A stretch of DNA of 64,000 bases from an uncultured Eubacteriales bacterium (GCA_900543915.1 UQTB01000006.1:10339-74338), one strand, 5' to 3'. Shown: positions 19,757-30,669, counted from the stretch's first letter. The notes: generated by a model from the sequence alone, not told the origin. Numbers and translations are program-made.

Positions 19757-20150
19757 ATCTTTTTTATTTTCTTTCTATTTATATAAACCAGTCTGATTTT
19801 TATATTTTTTCATAAAAAATATGTATATAAACTGATAATTTATGCAAATTCGCTTGACTTTTCGCTCTGAATGTCGTAATCTTTTCATAAGAGGCGACGC
19901 CGCACGGCACCGCCGAGAGGGAGAGCAGACGATCATTGCGGTTTTTTACCGCCCCGCCGGGGCGGGCGGCGCCTTATCCCTCTTTCGGGAAAGGCGTTTT
20001 TTTGTTTTTCCCCCGACAAAGCCCATACACCGATTTTCTTCTTGAATCAGCAGCGTCCCGCCGCCCTTTTCGCAGCGGGGCGCTGCTGCGTTGTAGCCGA
20101 TTTTTCCGCCGCGGCATACACTGTAACGAGAATTTTTCAAGGAGAACGCT

Positions 20151-21206
20151 ATGCCCAACAACCGCTATTATCTCGGTGCGAATGACGAACACGGCGTAAA
20201 CCCGCCGACCGACGGAAAGCGAACCCCCGTCATGCCTTACTTAAACAGACGCATTTACGAAAACGAATTCAACGCCGCGGCGAAAAACGACTTTATCGAG
20301 GCGGCGCTGCGCAACGACTTCCGCATTTACGACGTCAAGCCCGAACAGCAGGACGTTTCCATCTCCACCCGCGTGCGCCGCACAAACGCGCAGGGACTGA
20401 CGCTGGTCCTCACGTTCGCGTACAACGCCTTCGGGAGCGGAAACACCTTCAACTCGGTGAACGGCTTCGAGACCTTTTATTCCCTCAAAAATCCCGATCC
20501 GGACGACAGCCGCGCGCTTGCGGAGGATATTTTCGACGCGCTCGAACAGGGCACCTCCCAGAAGCCCCGCCAGGTGGGAACGCTGGATATCGGGATGCTT
20601 TCCTCCGTCAATTGCCCGGCGGCGCTCATCGAAGCGGGATATATGACCAATCTGCAGGACGCGAAACTGATGCTGGACTGGAACTTTCAGACCGCCGTCG
20701 CGGAGAGCGCGCTGCGCGGAACCGTCAACTACCTGGGATCGGGCGCGAGCTATACCGGGCGGGATAACCTCGCCGTTTATCCCCTGCTGAAGACGGGCAG
20801 CCGCGGCAACTTCGTGATGCTCGCGCAGTTCCTGCTCGCGCATTTCGGCTATGAGCTCGAGGCAGACGGCATCTTCGGGTCGCGGACGGAAACCGTCGTG
20901 CGCCGCTTTCAGTCCGAAAACAGCCTCGCATCGGACGGCATCGTGGGAAACGACACCTGGAAAACGCTGCTCTATCTCCCCCCGTATCCCACGCTTTCGT
21001 ACGGCAAAAAGGGCGTCTATGTCAAATTCCTCCAATCCAAGCTCACCGCAAAGCTGTATCCGACGGGCAACATCGACGGCATCTTCGGGAATGCCACGCT
21101 GAACGCCGTCAAGCAGTTCCAGTCCGAAAACGGACTGACGGTAGACGGAATTGTCGGGCCGAATACCTGGGCGGCGCTCGCAGTGATCGGCGGCGGCAGA
21201 AACTGA
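20151..21206 (+). CDS. Cell-wall amidase (N-acetylmuramoyl-L-alanine amidase, Amidase_3-like) with two C-terminal peptidoglycan-binding (PG_binding_1) repeats
   Basis: Amidase_3-like core (ALIEAGYMTNLQDAKLM at its end) followed by two repeats of the ...DGIFG..T...V..FQ...GL..DGIVG..TW..L motif. Confidence 0.7.
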   Translation: MPNNRYYLGANDEHGVNPPTDGKRTPVMPYLNRRIYENEFNAAAKNDFIEAALRNDFRIYDVKPEQQDVSISTRVRRTNAQGLTLVLTFAYNAFGSGNTFNSVNGFETFYSLKNPDPDDSRALAEDIFDALEQGTSQKPRQVGTLDIGMLSSVNCPAALIEAGYMTNLQDAKLMLDWNFQTAVAESALRGTVNYLGSGASYTGRDNLAVYPLLKTGSRGNFVMLAQFLLAHFGYELEADGIFGSRTETVVRRFQSENSLASDGIVGNDTWKTLLYLPPYPTLSYGKKGVYVKFLQSKLTAKLYPTGNIDGIFGNATLNAVKQFQSENGLTVDGIVGPNTWAALAVIGGGRN

Positions 21207-21246
21207 CGGCAACGGGCGTTTTCTTTCGGGAGAACGCCCGTTTTTC
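21207..21246 (+). terminator. Intrinsic terminator after the amidase gene
   Basis: GGCAACGGGCGTTTTCTTTCGGGAGAACGCCCGTTTTTCAG. Confidence 0.6.
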
Positions 21247-21723
21247 AGACTTCTCCCCCTGCCGTTTTCCCCGGCTGAACGCGCAGGCGGAGGCATATTC
21301 CCTCCTGCTCTGAAAAAGGAATCCCCCGCTGATCAAAAAATTTAACGGCGCCGGCAGGGCGTCTGACGATGAAATACCGCGAAATCGGAAAACAGGGAGA
21401 ATCGTTACAGAACGATATCCTTTACATGATGATCCCTTCTATCCCCTCCGCGCGGGGTACCGCCTGCTTCCCTTCTTTGCATCGCTGCCGCCCTGTCAGC
21501 AGAACACGCTGACAGGGCAAATCTTTTGCCGCATTGCGCACCTGCGCCCCTCTCGTATTCAATCCCGTTTTCCCTTATTTTTGATAAAAATTTCCGAATC
21601 TTTCTGCGCTTTCCGCGGGAAAACCGGGAGATAAGCTGAGATCTCTTTTCCAAAATGCGGGCCGACAAATCCGGTCTGAACGCCTCAATGATAAAAAATA
21701 CCGGCTTATTTTTCAAAACCCCC

Positions 21724-21752
21724 TTGACAAAACGGCGTTTCCATGTTAAAAT
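21724..21752 (+). promoter_or_regulatory. Sigma-70-type promoter (TTGACA-N17-TAAAAT)
   Basis: TTGACA at 21724-21729, 17-nt spacer, TAAAAT at 21747-21752, about 40 nt upstream of the RBS/ATG at 21795. Confidence 0.5.
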
Positions 21753-21794
21753 AAATGTATCAAAATATGTTCTCGCGAACACAATTAGGAGAAA

Positions 21795-22730
21795 ATGATG
21801 AAACGATTTTTTTTGTTGCTGCTGGCTTTTCTGTGTTTCCTGATTCCCGTCGGCTGCGGCGATCCTGACAGCGGCCAAAAGCCATCCGAACCGACCGTGC
21901 CGTCTGAACCGGAGGTTCCCGAAAAGCCCGCCTATCAGAACGCTTACCTGAATAAAAAGGACGGTCTGAAAATCCTCGCGATCGGAAACAGCTTCACTTA
22001 CGTGAGCACGCAATATCTCTGGGAAGTGCTCGACGACCTCGGCTTTACGAACGTAAAAGTGGCGCGGCTCTACATCGGCGGCACGTCGATCAGCCAGCAC
22101 GCGGCGAATTTTTCCACCAACGCTTCCTATTCCTTCGACTATAAGACCGGAACCAAATGGAGAAAAGCGGCGATGAGCGCGATGAACGCCGTCACTTCGG
22201 ACGAATGGGACGTCATCACCCTGCAGCAGCAGAGCGCGGACGCCGGCAATCCCTCCTCCTTCCGGGACAGCGACTTCGACACCATTGTGAACAAGCTGAA
22301 CGCGTGGAACGGGAATGAGAACTATACGCTGGCCTGGCTGATGACCTGGGCTTATGAAACGGGCTGCGATTATCATTATTTCGCGCAATACAACAACGAT
22401 CAGGCGTACATGTACGAGTGCATCGTCAACACCACGATCGAAAAAATAATTCCGAACCGAATGTTCACGCAGATCATTCCGCTGGGCACCGCCGTTCAGA
22501 ACGCACGCACCGGTCAGCTGGGAGATGAGCTCACGATGGACGGCTACCATCTGAACGATCTCGGCGACTACATTGCCGCCGTCTGCTGGGCGAAGGCAAT
22601 GACGAACTGCGACCTCTCTGCTCTCGATTATGTGCCTGAAACACTCAAAGACTATGAAAACCTGCCCGAGATCGCGCGCATCTGCGCGGAGCGCGCGGTG
22701 AGCGAAATGTTCGTACAGAATTCTTATTGA
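21795..22730 (+). CDS. Secreted lipoprotein, SGNH-hydrolase-like (DUF4886-type)
   Basis: Signal peptide with lipobox (PVGCG), Pro/Glu-rich linker, then the KILAIGNSFT block typical of SGNH/DUF4886 proteins; RBS AGGAG. The overlapping minus-strand 381-aa ORF is artefactual. Confidence 0.6.
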   Translation: MMKRFFLLLLAFLCFLIPVGCGDPDSGQKPSEPTVPSEPEVPEKPAYQNAYLNKKDGLKILAIGNSFTYVSTQYLWEVLDDLGFTNVKVARLYIGGTSISQHAANFSTNASYSFDYKTGTKWRKAAMSAMNAVTSDEWDVITLQQQSADAGNPSSFRDSDFDTIVNKLNAWNGNENYTLAWLMTWAYETGCDYHYFAQYNNDQAYMYECIVNTTIEKIIPNRMFTQIIPLGTAVQNARTGQLGDELTMDGYHLNDLGDYIAAVCWAKAMTNCDLSALDYVPETLKDYENLPEIARICAERAVSEMFVQNSY

Positions 22731-22809
22731 CCGTCTCTGCGATAAATATTCAGAAAAAGAGAGCCTGCACGGCCGTATCCGGCCGTGCAGGCTCTTCTGC
22801 TTTCGGTTT

Positions 22810-23484
22810 TCAGTTTTCCTTCAGGAGCGCTTCTGCCCGCAGCAGATCCGCTTCCTCCGCTTCCCGATAGGGCTCGTACGAAAAAGGCAGGTTCAGCCGC
22901 TCGTACTTTTCCGCGCACAGTTTCCGAAAGGGCAGAAACTTTACGCGCCCGACGCATGCGTGCGCTGCCAGCTTCCGGAGGGCGGAGATCTTTTCTTCGC
23001 CGTCGTTTTTCCCCGGAACCAGAACGTTTGTCAGCACTACGGGCTTGTTCCGGCGGTCGCAGACGGCCAGAAACGCGTCGTATGCGCATACGTCGTCCGT
23101 TTCCTGATTCTTTACGTCCACCAGAAAGGAGTCCGCCGCGGCGATCAGGCGTTCGTCCGCGATCTGCCCGTTGGTCTCCACCGCGACGTCCATTCCGCCC
23201 GCATGCAGCCGTTCGATCAGACTGAGACAGAAATCCCGCTGGAAAAAGGGCTCTCCCCCCGACAGCGTGACGCCGCCCTTTCTGAGATACGGACGGTAGC
23301 GGAAACAGCGCGCGGCGACCGCTTCCGCCGTCTCCTCCCGCCCCTGCCGAAAGAGCGTTTCGGGATTATGGCAGAAGGGACACCGCAGATTGCAGCCGGA
23401 GAAAAACACGACGACGCGCAGCCCCGCGCCGTCCACGCCCGAACCGCAGTAGACCGAATCGAGAAAGCCCTTACATGCTTCCAT
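22810..23484 (-). CDS. pflA: Pyruvate formate-lyase activating enzyme (glycyl-radical activase, radical SAM)
   Basis: [11 protein letters not shown] radical-SAM cluster motif; lies immediately downstream of pflB and overlaps it. Confidence 0.85.
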   Translation of the reverse strand: MEACKGFLDSVYCGSGVDGAGLRVVVFFSGCNLRCPFCHNPETLFRQGREETAEAVAARCFRYRPYLRKGGVTLSGGEPFFQRDFCLSLIERLHAGGMDVAVETNGQIADERLIAAADSFLVDVKNQETDDVCAYDAFLAVCDRRNKPVVLTNVLVPGKNDGEEKISALRKLAAHACVGRVKFLPFRKLCAEKYERLNLPFSYEPYREAEEADLLRAEALLKEN

Positions 23485-25693
23485 GGTAGGTGCGCTTTAA
23501 GACTTCCAGCTGATGCGCGCGGCTCAGCTTGTGGAAATTGACCGCATATCCCGAAACGCGGATGGTGATATTGGGGTACAGTTCGGGATGGTCCATCGCT
23601 TTCTGCAATTTTTCGCGGTCGAGAACGTTCACGTTCAGATGGTGCGCCCCCTGCGAAAAATAGCCGTCCATCATCTCCGCGAGGTTTTCCACCCGCGTTT
23701 CCGGCGTCTCTCCGAGCGCGGAAGGTACGATGGAAAACGTATTGGAAATTCCGTCCCGGCAGCAGGCATAGGGGATCTTCGCCACTGAATTGAGGGAAGC
23801 GAGCGCGCCGCTCGTATCCCGGTTGTGCATGGGGTTTGCGCCCGGCGCAAAGGGCTCGCCCGCCTTTCTGCCGTCCGGCGTGGCGCCCGTCTTCTTGCCG
23901 TAAACGACGTTGGACGTGATGGTCAGCACGGAGAGCGTATGCTCCGCACCGCGGTAAGCGGGCGTCTTTTTCAGCTCCTCCGAAAAGCCCTTCAGCACCT
24001 CCACCGCGATGGAATCCACGCGGTCGTCGTCGTTGCCGTATTTGGGGAAATCCCCCTCCGTCTGAAAGTCGCAGATGATCCCGTCCTCGTTATAAACGGG
24101 CGTCACTTTGGCGTATTTTATGGCGGAAAGCGAATCTGCGATCACCGAGAGCCCCGCCACGCCGCAGGCGAGAAACCGCTCCACTTCGGTATCGTGAAGC
24201 GCCATCTGGATCTTCTCGTAGGCGTATTTATCGTGCATATAGTGAATGACGTTCAGCGTGTTGACGTACAGGCGGCACATCCACGCGCGGTATTTTGCGA
24301 ACGCCTCCATCACCTCGCCGTAATCGAGAACGCCCTTAAACGCCTTTCCCTCCGGCGCGATCTGCGCGCCGCTCTTCTCGTCCCGGCCGCCGTTCAGCGC
24401 CAGAAGCAGGAGCTTTGCGAGGTTGCAGCGCGCCCCGAAAAACTGCATCTGCTTGCCCACCTTCATGGCGGAGACGCAGCAGGCGATCGCATAATCGTCC
24501 CCGTAGACGGGGCGCATGACGTCGTCGTTTTCATATTGAATGGAATCGGTATCCACCGAGACCTTCGCGCAGAATTTTTTGAATCCCTCGGGGAGCGCCT
24601 CCGACCAGAGCACGGTGAGGTTGGGCTCGGGCGCGGCGCCCAGATTATAGAGCGTGTTGAGGATGCGGAAGGAGGTTTTTGTGACCAGCGTGCGCCCGTC
24701 CTCCCCCATGCCGCCGACGGATTCGGTCGTCCAGGTGGGGTCGCCGCCGAACAGGTCGTTGTATTCCGGCGTGCGGAGCTGGCGGGTGATGCGGAGTTTG
24801 ATGACGAAATCGTCTATGAGCTCCTGCGCCGTCTCTTCCGTCAGTATTCCGCGCGCGATATCCCGCTCGAGATAAATATCCAGGAAGGTGGAAACCCTCC
24901 CCAGGCTCATCGCCGCGCCGTTCTGCTCCTTGATGGCGGCGAGATAGCCGAAATACGTCCACTGCACGGCCTCTCTCGCGTTTTCCGCGGGGCGGGAGAT
25001 ATCGCAGCCGTAAAGCTCCGCCATCCCTTTCAGCTTGACGAGGAAATCGATCTGCTTCCAGAGCTCTTCCAGGAGGCGGATATTCTCCTCGGTCATATTT
25101 TTTCTGCCGTACGCTTCCCGATCTTTCTTTTTCTGCTCGATGAGATAATCCACGCCGTAGAGGGCGACGCGGCGGTAATCGCCGATGATGCGGCCGCGGC
25201 CGTATGCGTCCGGCAGCCCGGTCAGGATCCCCGCATGGCGGGCGGCGCGCATCTCGTCGGTATAGACGTGGAATACGCCGTCGTTATGCGTGGTCTTATA
25301 GGAAAATTCCTCTTCGATCTTATCGGAAAGGCGGTAGCCGTACGCCTCGCAGGCGCTCCGCGCCATGCGGATCCCGCCGAAGGGATTGACGCCGCGCTTT
25401 AAGGGTTCGTCCGTCTGCAGGCCGACGATGATCTCGTTCTCTCTGGCGATATATCCCGCGGGATAGGATAAAAGAGAGGAGACGCGCTCGGTATCCACGT
25501 CCAGCACGCCGCCCTTGTCCTGCTCCTCTTTCAGGAGCGCGTTCACCTTTTCCATGAGTTTCGCCGTGCGCGCGGTGGGCCCCTTTAAAAAGGAACCGTC
25601 CCCCGTATACGGCGCGTAATTGCGCTGAATAAAATCGCGCACGTTCACTTCTCTTTCGTAGCTCCCGCTTACAAAACCTTCCCAAGCATTCAT
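23471..25693 (-). CDS. pflB: Formate C-acetyltransferase (pyruvate formate-lyase)
   Basis: 740 aa; C-terminal glycyl-radical motif RVSGYAVNF; N-terminus [15 protein letters not shown]; start at 25693 with a GGAGGTG RBS. Confidence 0.9.
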   Translation of the reverse strand: MNAWEGFVSGSYEREVNVRDFIQRNYAPYTGDGSFLKGPTARTAKLMEKVNALLKEEQDKGGVLDVDTERVSSLLSYPAGYIARENEIIVGLQTDEPLKRGVNPFGGIRMARSACEAYGYRLSDKIEEEFSYKTTHNDGVFHVYTDEMRAARHAGILTGLPDAYGRGRIIGDYRRVALYGVDYLIEQKKKDREAYGRKNMTEENIRLLEELWKQIDFLVKLKGMAELYGCDISRPAENAREAVQWTYFGYLAAIKEQNGAAMSLGRVSTFLDIYLERDIARGILTEETAQELIDDFVIKLRITRQLRTPEYNDLFGGDPTWTTESVGGMGEDGRTLVTKTSFRILNTLYNLGAAPEPNLTVLWSEALPEGFKKFCAKVSVDTDSIQYENDDVMRPVYGDDYAIACCVSAMKVGKQMQFFGARCNLAKLLLLALNGGRDEKSGAQIAPEGKAFKGVLDYGEVMEAFAKYRAWMCRLYVNTLNVIHYMHDKYAYEKIQMALHDTEVERFLACGVAGLSVIADSLSAIKYAKVTPVYNEDGIICDFQTEGDFPKYGNDDDRVDSIAVEVLKGFSEELKKTPAYRGAEHTLSVLTITSNVVYGKKTGATPDGRKAGEPFAPGANPMHNRDTSGALASLNSVAKIPYACCRDGISNTFSIVPSALGETPETRVENLAEMMDGYFSQGAHHLNVNVLDREKLQKAMDHPELYPNITIRVSGYAVNFHKLSRAHQLEVLKRTYHGSM

Positions 25694-26004
25694 GCAAACA
25701 CCTCCGATCACAATAAAAAACACCCGAACAGTAACGATACTGCCCAGGTGGTCGGCGATACGCCGTCTGCTCCCCCGCGGTTATCTCCGCCCATCCACCG
25801 GTCACAGACGACGGCGCCCTGACGGGCGCTATCTGTTCATTTGTCTTTTCCCGTTCAGTATAACGCCGATCGCCGAAATTGTCAACTGTTTTTTCGCGGA
25901 CAAACGGAAATTTCTTTTCCCCCGCCGGCGCGCCTTGTTTCGCCTTTTAAAAAATGCCGGCCGATTATTTTTTGATATTTTTCGGATTATTTTTAAAAAA
26001 GGGA

Positions 26005-26033
26005 TTGACAACAGGTCGTTTCTATATTATAAT
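26005..26033 (+). promoter_or_regulatory. Consensus sigma-70 promoter (TTGACA-N17-TATAAT) for the LacI-family regulator gene
   Basis: TTGACA 26005-26010, 17-nt spacer, TATAAT 26028-26033. Confidence 0.6.
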
Positions 26034-26048
26034 GAGGTTAAAAAAGAA

Positions 26049-26066
26049 CGGTAACACGTATTACCG
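26049..26066 (+). promoter_or_regulatory. Candidate LacI-family operator (imperfect palindrome CGGTAACACGTATTACCG), autoregulatory position
   Basis: 14 of 16 positions are palindromic around a central CG. The same 16-mer recurs at 27097-27113 upstream of the ABC permease gene. Confidence 0.55.
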
Positions 26067-26070
26067 CGAG

Positions 26071-27078
26071 GTGAATTTGAAAATTTCCAGAAACATGATC
26101 GCCAAGGAAGCGGGCGTCACGCCGACGACCGTCTCCTGCGTATTGAACAACACCCGCCCCGTCTCCGCCAAAGTGCGGGCAAAGGTAATGGCGGCGATCG
26201 AAAAATTAAATTACGTGCCCGATCTGGCCGCGCGCGCCATGCTCGGCAAGGGAAGCAAACAGATCTTCGTGATGGTGGACTCCATCAAAAATCCCTTCTT
26301 TGCGGAACTCGTCTACAGCATGGAGGAAGCGGGCATCCAAAAGGGATATTTTTTCAGTATCTGCGGCAAAATGGATATGAAGACCTATGTCGCGCACATC
26401 ATCGCGCGCAAGATCGACGCCGTGTACTTCTGTTCGGAAATCAAAAACGAAGAGGCCGTGTACGTCAGCCAGCTGCTGGAAAACGGCATCAGGATCCTGA
26501 CCAGCCCCAAATTCAAACATTTTGAGGGGCAGATCTCCCGCATCGACATGGCGACGGGAGAGGCTGCGCGCAGCGCCGTCCGGCTGCTGACCGCCAAAGG
26601 GCACACAAAAATCGGCTTTCTGAACACCTTTTCCGATGAAACGCAGGACGACCGACTGCCCCTTTTTCGGGAGGAAATGCTGAAAAACGGATTAACGCCG
26701 CGCTGCGTCCCCCCCGACCGCACCTGCTTTGCCGGGTTGGAGAGCGGGCGCACGCTCTTCCGCGCACTCATGGAGGCATATCCGGATACGACGGCGGTGC
26801 TCGGCATCAACGACCTCGTCGCCATCGGCGCGATGAACGAGGCGCAGCGCATGGGATACCGCGTGCCCGAGGATCTCTCTTTTGTGGGGATCGACGGGAT
26901 CGAACTCTCTTCTTTGGTGACGCCCCGCCTCACCACCTACCGCTCCAACGCCTCCGAACTGGGGAAAAAGGCGTTTGAAATGCTCTGCCAGCTCATCGAA
27001 ACGGGAGAGATCAGCTCTTACACCCACTCTTTGACCTTGCAGGAAGGCGAATCCGTCCGGGACTTAAAACACGTTTGA
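26071..27078 (+). CDS. LacI-family transcriptional regulator
   Basis: N-terminal HTH (IAKEAGVTPTTVSCVLNN) plus a periplasmic-binding-fold sugar-binding domain. The start is uncertain (GTG 26071 or ATG 26095); the ORF-track start at 25954 lies upstream of the promoter and is rejected. Confidence 0.75.
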   Translation: MNLKISRNMIAKEAGVTPTTVSCVLNNTRPVSAKVRAKVMAAIEKLNYVPDLAARAMLGKGSKQIFVMVDSIKNPFFAELVYSMEEAGIQKGYFFSICGKMDMKTYVAHIIARKIDAVYFCSEIKNEEAVYVSQLLENGIRILTSPKFKHFEGQISRIDMATGEAARSAVRLLTAKGHTKIGFLNTFSDETQDDRLPLFREEMLKNGLTPRCVPPDRTCFAGLESGRTLFRALMEAYPDTTAVLGINDLVAIGAMNEAQRMGYRVPEDLSFVGIDGIELSSLVTPRLTTYRSNASELGKKAFEMLCQLIETGEISSYTHSLTLQEGESVRDLKHV

Positions 27079-27095
27079 CGTGTTTTTTTACCGCA

Positions 27096-27113
27096 AACAG
27101 TAACACGTATTAC
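27096..27113 (+). promoter_or_regulatory. Second copy of the candidate LacI operator (AGTAACACGTATTACCG) upstream of the transporter operon
   Basis: Identical core to 26049-26066, located about 20 nt upstream of the RBS of the permease gene. Confidence 0.55.
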
Positions 27114-27132
27114 CGTTATAAAGGAGAAAAAA

Positions 27133-28053
27133 ATGAAACGTCTGAAAAAATGGACGAAAGCGCAGACCATGCTGTTTATCATGGCGGCGATGGGAGCGGT
27201 GTTTCTGCTCGTATTCAACTATGCGCCCATGTTCGGCATCGTGCTCGCCTTCAAAAAGGGAGATTACGTGATCAACATCAAGAACGCGATCTTTCATTCG
27301 GAATGGGTGGGCTGGGAAAATTTTGAAAAATTTCTCACCGATCCCGAATTCAAAGACGTTGTCATCAACACGCTGGGGCTGAACGTCCTCTCCCTCGTCT
27401 TTACCTTTCCCGCGCCCATCATCTTCGCGCTGTTGGTGAACGAGCTGAAAAACGGGCGCTTCAAAAAAGGCGTGCAGACCATTTCCTACTTCCCTTACTT
27501 TTTGTCCTGGGCGGTGTACGGCGGCATCATTCTCAGCCTGATCGACCCGCAGACCGGTCTCGTCAACGACGTGCTCCTGCGGCTGGGGCTGACTTCGGAA
27601 CCCGTCAATTTCGGAAGAAGCGAGTATTTCTGGGGGCTGATGATCGTGACCGCGCTGCTGAAAGGCATCGGCTGGGGCTCCGTTATCTACGTGGCGGCGA
27701 TCGCGGGGATTGACGGGGCGATGTACGAAGCGGCCGACATCGACGGCGCGGGGCGCTTCGGCAAGATGCTCTTTATTACCCTCCCCTCCATCGCGCCCAC
27801 GATCACGGTATTTTTGATTCTCTCCGTCTCCAATCTCCTAAACAGCGGCTTTGATCAGATCTGGATTTTCAGAAATCAGATGAACCTCGACCGCAGCGAG
27901 ATGATCGACACATACGTCTACCAGCACGGCGTGCTCAACCACAGATATTCCTACACCACGGCGATCGGGCTGCTGAAATCCGTCGTCGCGCTGATTCTGC
28001 TGACCGGCTCCAATTTTCTGAGTAAAAAACTGACGGGAAGGGGGATTTACTGA
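27133..28053 (+). CDS. Carbohydrate ABC transporter permease (LplB/YtcP-type, polysaccharide-family)
   Basis: 306-aa polytopic membrane protein with the EAA motif (YEAADIDGAGRFGKMLFITLP). Confidence 0.85.
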   Translation: MKRLKKWTKAQTMLFIMAAMGAVFLLVFNYAPMFGIVLAFKKGDYVINIKNAIFHSEWVGWENFEKFLTDPEFKDVVINTLGLNVLSLVFTFPAPIIFALLVNELKNGRFKKGVQTISYFPYFLSWAVYGGIILSLIDPQTGLVNDVLLRLGLTSEPVNFGRSEYFWGLMIVTALLKGIGWGSVIYVAAIAGIDGAMYEAADIDGAGRFGKMLFITLPSIAPTITVFLILSVSNLLNSGFDQIWIFRNQMNLDRSEMIDTYVYQHGVLNHRYSYTTAIGLLKSVVALILLTGSNFLSKKLTGRGIY

Positions 28054-28931
28054 TGAAAAAACGCGCGCGGAAATATACGGCGTTCGACGTCGTTCTGATC
28101 GTCCTCTTCTGCCTGTTTTCCTTTCTGATGATTTACCCCGTCTATTACGTCCTGATCGGCTCGTTCAACGAGGGCATGGATTACCTTTCGGGCGGCATCT
28201 ATCTGTTCCCGCGGAAATTCACGGCCGCAAACTACTACGTGGTGTTTGCGGATGCAAAGCTGTGGCAGGCGTATTTCATCACCGTGAGCCGCACCGTTCT
28301 GGGAACGGCGATCGCGCTCTGGTTCACCGTTACCGTCGCCTATGCGATGAGCAGAAAGGAGCTTCCTTTCAAAAATTTCTTTTACTTTCTCAATATCTTC
28401 ACGATGTTTTTCAGCGGCGGGCTGATTCCCTTCTTTCTGATCATCAACCTGTTGGGACTTTACGATACTTACTGGCTGTACCTGATCCCCTGCATGTACT
28501 CCGTGTATCACATGATCATCATCGCCAACTACTTCAGGGCACTCCCGGAAGAACTGCGGGAGGCCGCCGTCCTGGACGGCGCCGGAGAATGGCGGCTGCT
28601 CTATACCATCGCAATTCCCCTCTCCACCCCCGTCATCGCGACGGTAGGACTGTGGACGGCGATCGGGCACTGGAACTCTTACTTCGATTCCATGGTTTAC
28701 ACTCAGTCCGAAAGCCTTACGACGCTGCAGTATTATCTGATGCAGATGATCAATTCCAAGAACATCGATCTCGGTGGCGTCACGCTTCCGGACAACGTCG
28801 CCGAGAACATCACCGCGGAAGTCATCACGTTCGCCTCCATCATGGTGAGCATCCTCCCCGTTATGTTCATATTTCCCTTCCTCACCAGATTTTTCGAGAA
28901 AGGGATTATGATAGGATCGTTAAAAGGTTAA
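28053..28931 (+). CDS. Carbohydrate ABC transporter permease (LplC-type)
   Basis: 292-aa polytopic membrane protein with the EAA motif (REAAVLDGAGEWRLLYTIAIP). Confidence 0.85.
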   Translation: MKKRARKYTAFDVVLIVLFCLFSFLMIYPVYYVLIGSFNEGMDYLSGGIYLFPRKFTAANYYVVFADAKLWQAYFITVSRTVLGTAIALWFTVTVAYAMSRKELPFKNFFYFLNIFTMFFSGGLIPFFLIINLLGLYDTYWLYLIPCMYSVYHMIIIANYFRALPEELREAAVLDGAGEWRLLYTIAIPLSTPVIATVGLWTAIGHWNSYFDSMVYTQSESLTTLQYYLMQMINSKNIDLGGVTLPDNVAENITAEVITFASIMVSILPVMFIFPFLTRFFEKGIMIGSLKG

Positions 28932-28941
28932 AGGAGAAACT

Positions 28942-30669
28942 ATGAAAAAAATTCTGATCGCTTTATTGGTTTTTATCCTGGCGGTTTCCTCTGCCGCGTG
29001 CAGCAAAACCCCGAAGAGAACGGACGAATTTCTCGACAACTTCGAGACCGTTACGGACAAAGACACGCCCAGCTGGGAATTTGACCGGGCCGACTACGAT
29101 CTCACTTGGTTTATCGACGCGCCCTGGATGGTCTGGCCGACGTACGGAGCGGATCTCGTATCCCGCACGATCTACGAGAAAACAGGCTGCAAAATCCAGT
29201 TTTCCGTGGCGGGCGATTACCTCAGCTCCGAACTCTCCACCATGCTGAGCTCGGAACAACTGCCGGACGTTCTGACCATTCAGGCTGCCTCCATCTACGC
29301 AAACCAGCTGCCCGACCAGGATTACGTTTGGTCGCTGGATACGCTGATGGACCGTTTCGCGCCCTCCATGACCGACCGCTACCGCGTACAGCAGAAAGAC
29401 GTTTACGACTGGTTCAAACAGGACGGCGCGCTCTACGGCATCCCAAATCTCTCCTATTCCGATTACTACATCGGAGACGACAAGCTGATGCCGAACGGTG
29501 CAATTCTCGTGCGCAGGGACTGGTACGAGGAAGTGCGCGAACAGACGGGCGAAGACATGACCACGAAGGAGAGCTTTCTCGCCGGCGTGAAATATATCAC
29601 CGATAAATACAGCAATGCGATCGGCGTACAGCTGGATCCCTTCAACGCGACGGGGAATCTCTCCGTGACCTGGCTCAGCCAGTATTTTGCCGTTCCATTT
29701 GAAAAGGAAGACGGATCGTACAACTACCAGCTCGCAGACAAGGGATATGAGGAGGTCATTTCCTTTCTCAACACCCTTGCCGTGAACCGCTACATCAACG
29801 AGGCGAATTTCACCGCGAACACGGACAGCGTGACCCGCAACATCTCCCTCGGCAACGTGTTCGTCAGCATGACGACGCCGCAGAACTACAACAACGCGTT
29901 CATCAACTGCTACCAGAACGGCATCCGCTACGTTCCCCTGGTCCTGAAAAACGATGCGGGCGACGCGCCCGTACTCCAGGATCTCCGCGGAAAGGGCTAT
30001 ATGCTCTCCTTCATCACCAAGAGCTGCGACCGGCCGGACAAGGTGATCAAGCTCTTCGACTATCTGACCAGCGAAGAGGGACAGCTGCTCATCAATTTCG
30101 GCGTCGAGGGCGACACGTTCACCTGGGACGAGGACAAAGAGCACGTCGTCTGGACGGAAAAGTACATCGAAGACTATGAAAACGAAAACACCACGCAGTA
30201 CGGATTCGGCATGTGCAATGTCCTCCTGAACCAGAGTTTTTACGACAAGGTAAAACCGGAAGGAACGGCCTGTAAAAAAGAATCCGCAATGTACATTGAG
30301 GATCTCAAGGCGCCCCTTTCCCCCTACAGCTACGATTACACCGCTTCTTTCCTGCTGCCGGACACCTCCGCTGCGAACTACTTTGATTTCGTGGAACAGC
30401 AGGACCGCGTCAACCGCATCTGGGGAAGATTTCTCCCGCAGATGATCTCGGCGGCAAGCAACGCCGATGCGCTGAAAATCCTGGCTTCCACGCTGGACTC
30501 CATGCGGCAGAACGGACTGGACTTCGTGATCTCGTTCATGGCGGAAGGATACGAGCGCGCCAAGGCGACCGCCGGCATGGAATACGGCTGGCCCTGTCAC
30601 CGGGAAAATTACCGGGCGCCGCAAACGGGGCCGAACGGCGATTTCTCATACTGCCAATACGACATCTGA
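28942..30669 (+). CDS. Extracellular solute-binding lipoprotein, large LplA-type (~570 aa) sugar ABC transporter SBP
   Basis: Lipoprotein signal (LAVSSAAC); its size and composition are typical of LplA-family binding proteins that pair with LplB/LplC permeases. Confidence 0.75.
   Translation: MKKILIALLVFILAVSSAACSKTPKRTDEFLDNFETVTDKDTPSWEFDRADYDLTWFIDAPWMVWPTYGADLVSRTIYEKTGCKIQFSVAGDYLSSELSTMLSSEQLPDVLTIQAASIYANQLPDQDYVWSLDTLMDRFAPSMTDRYRVQQKDVYDWFKQDGALYGIPNLSYSDYYIGDDKLMPNGAILVRRDWYEEVREQTGEDMTTKESFLAGVKYITDKYSNAIGVQLDPFNATGNLSVTWLSQYFAVPFEKEDGSYNYQLADKGYEEVISFLNTLAVNRYINEANFTANTDSVTRNISLGNVFVSMTTPQNYNNAFINCYQNGIRYVPLVLKNDAGDAPVLQDLRGKGYMLSFITKSCDRPDKVIKLFDYLTSEEGQLLINFGVEGDTFTWDEDKEHVVWTEKYIEDYENENTTQYGFGMCNVLLNQSFYDKVKPEGTACKKESAMYIEDLKAPLSPYSYDYTASFLLPDTSAANYFDFVEQQDRVNRIWGRFLPQMISAASNADALKILASTLDSMRQNGLDFVISFMAEGYERAKATAGMEYGWPCHRENYRAPQTGPNGDFSYCQYDI

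Noticed and set aside
20241-21296. 351-aa minus-strand ORF mirroring the amidase gene
   Set aside because: It is antisense to the amidase/PG-binding gene and has no motifs.
21405-22550. 381-aa minus-strand ORF over the DUF4886-like lipoprotein gene
   Set aside because: The plus-strand gene has a promoter, an RBS, a lipoprotein signal peptide and conserved SGNH-like blocks; the minus ORF has none.
23825-25402. 525-aa plus-strand ORF inside pflB
   Set aside because: It is antisense to pflB, which carries the diagnostic glycyl-radical motif.
25954-26070. N-terminal extension of the LacI ORF starting at 25954
   Set aside because: It begins upstream of the consensus TTGACA-N17-TATAAT promoter and reads through the operator; the real start is GTG 26071 or ATG 26095.
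28963-30624. 553-aa minus-strand ORF across the LplA-type SBP gene
   Set aside because: It is antisense to an SBP gene with a lipoprotein signal peptide, and its translation is Arg/Val-rich.
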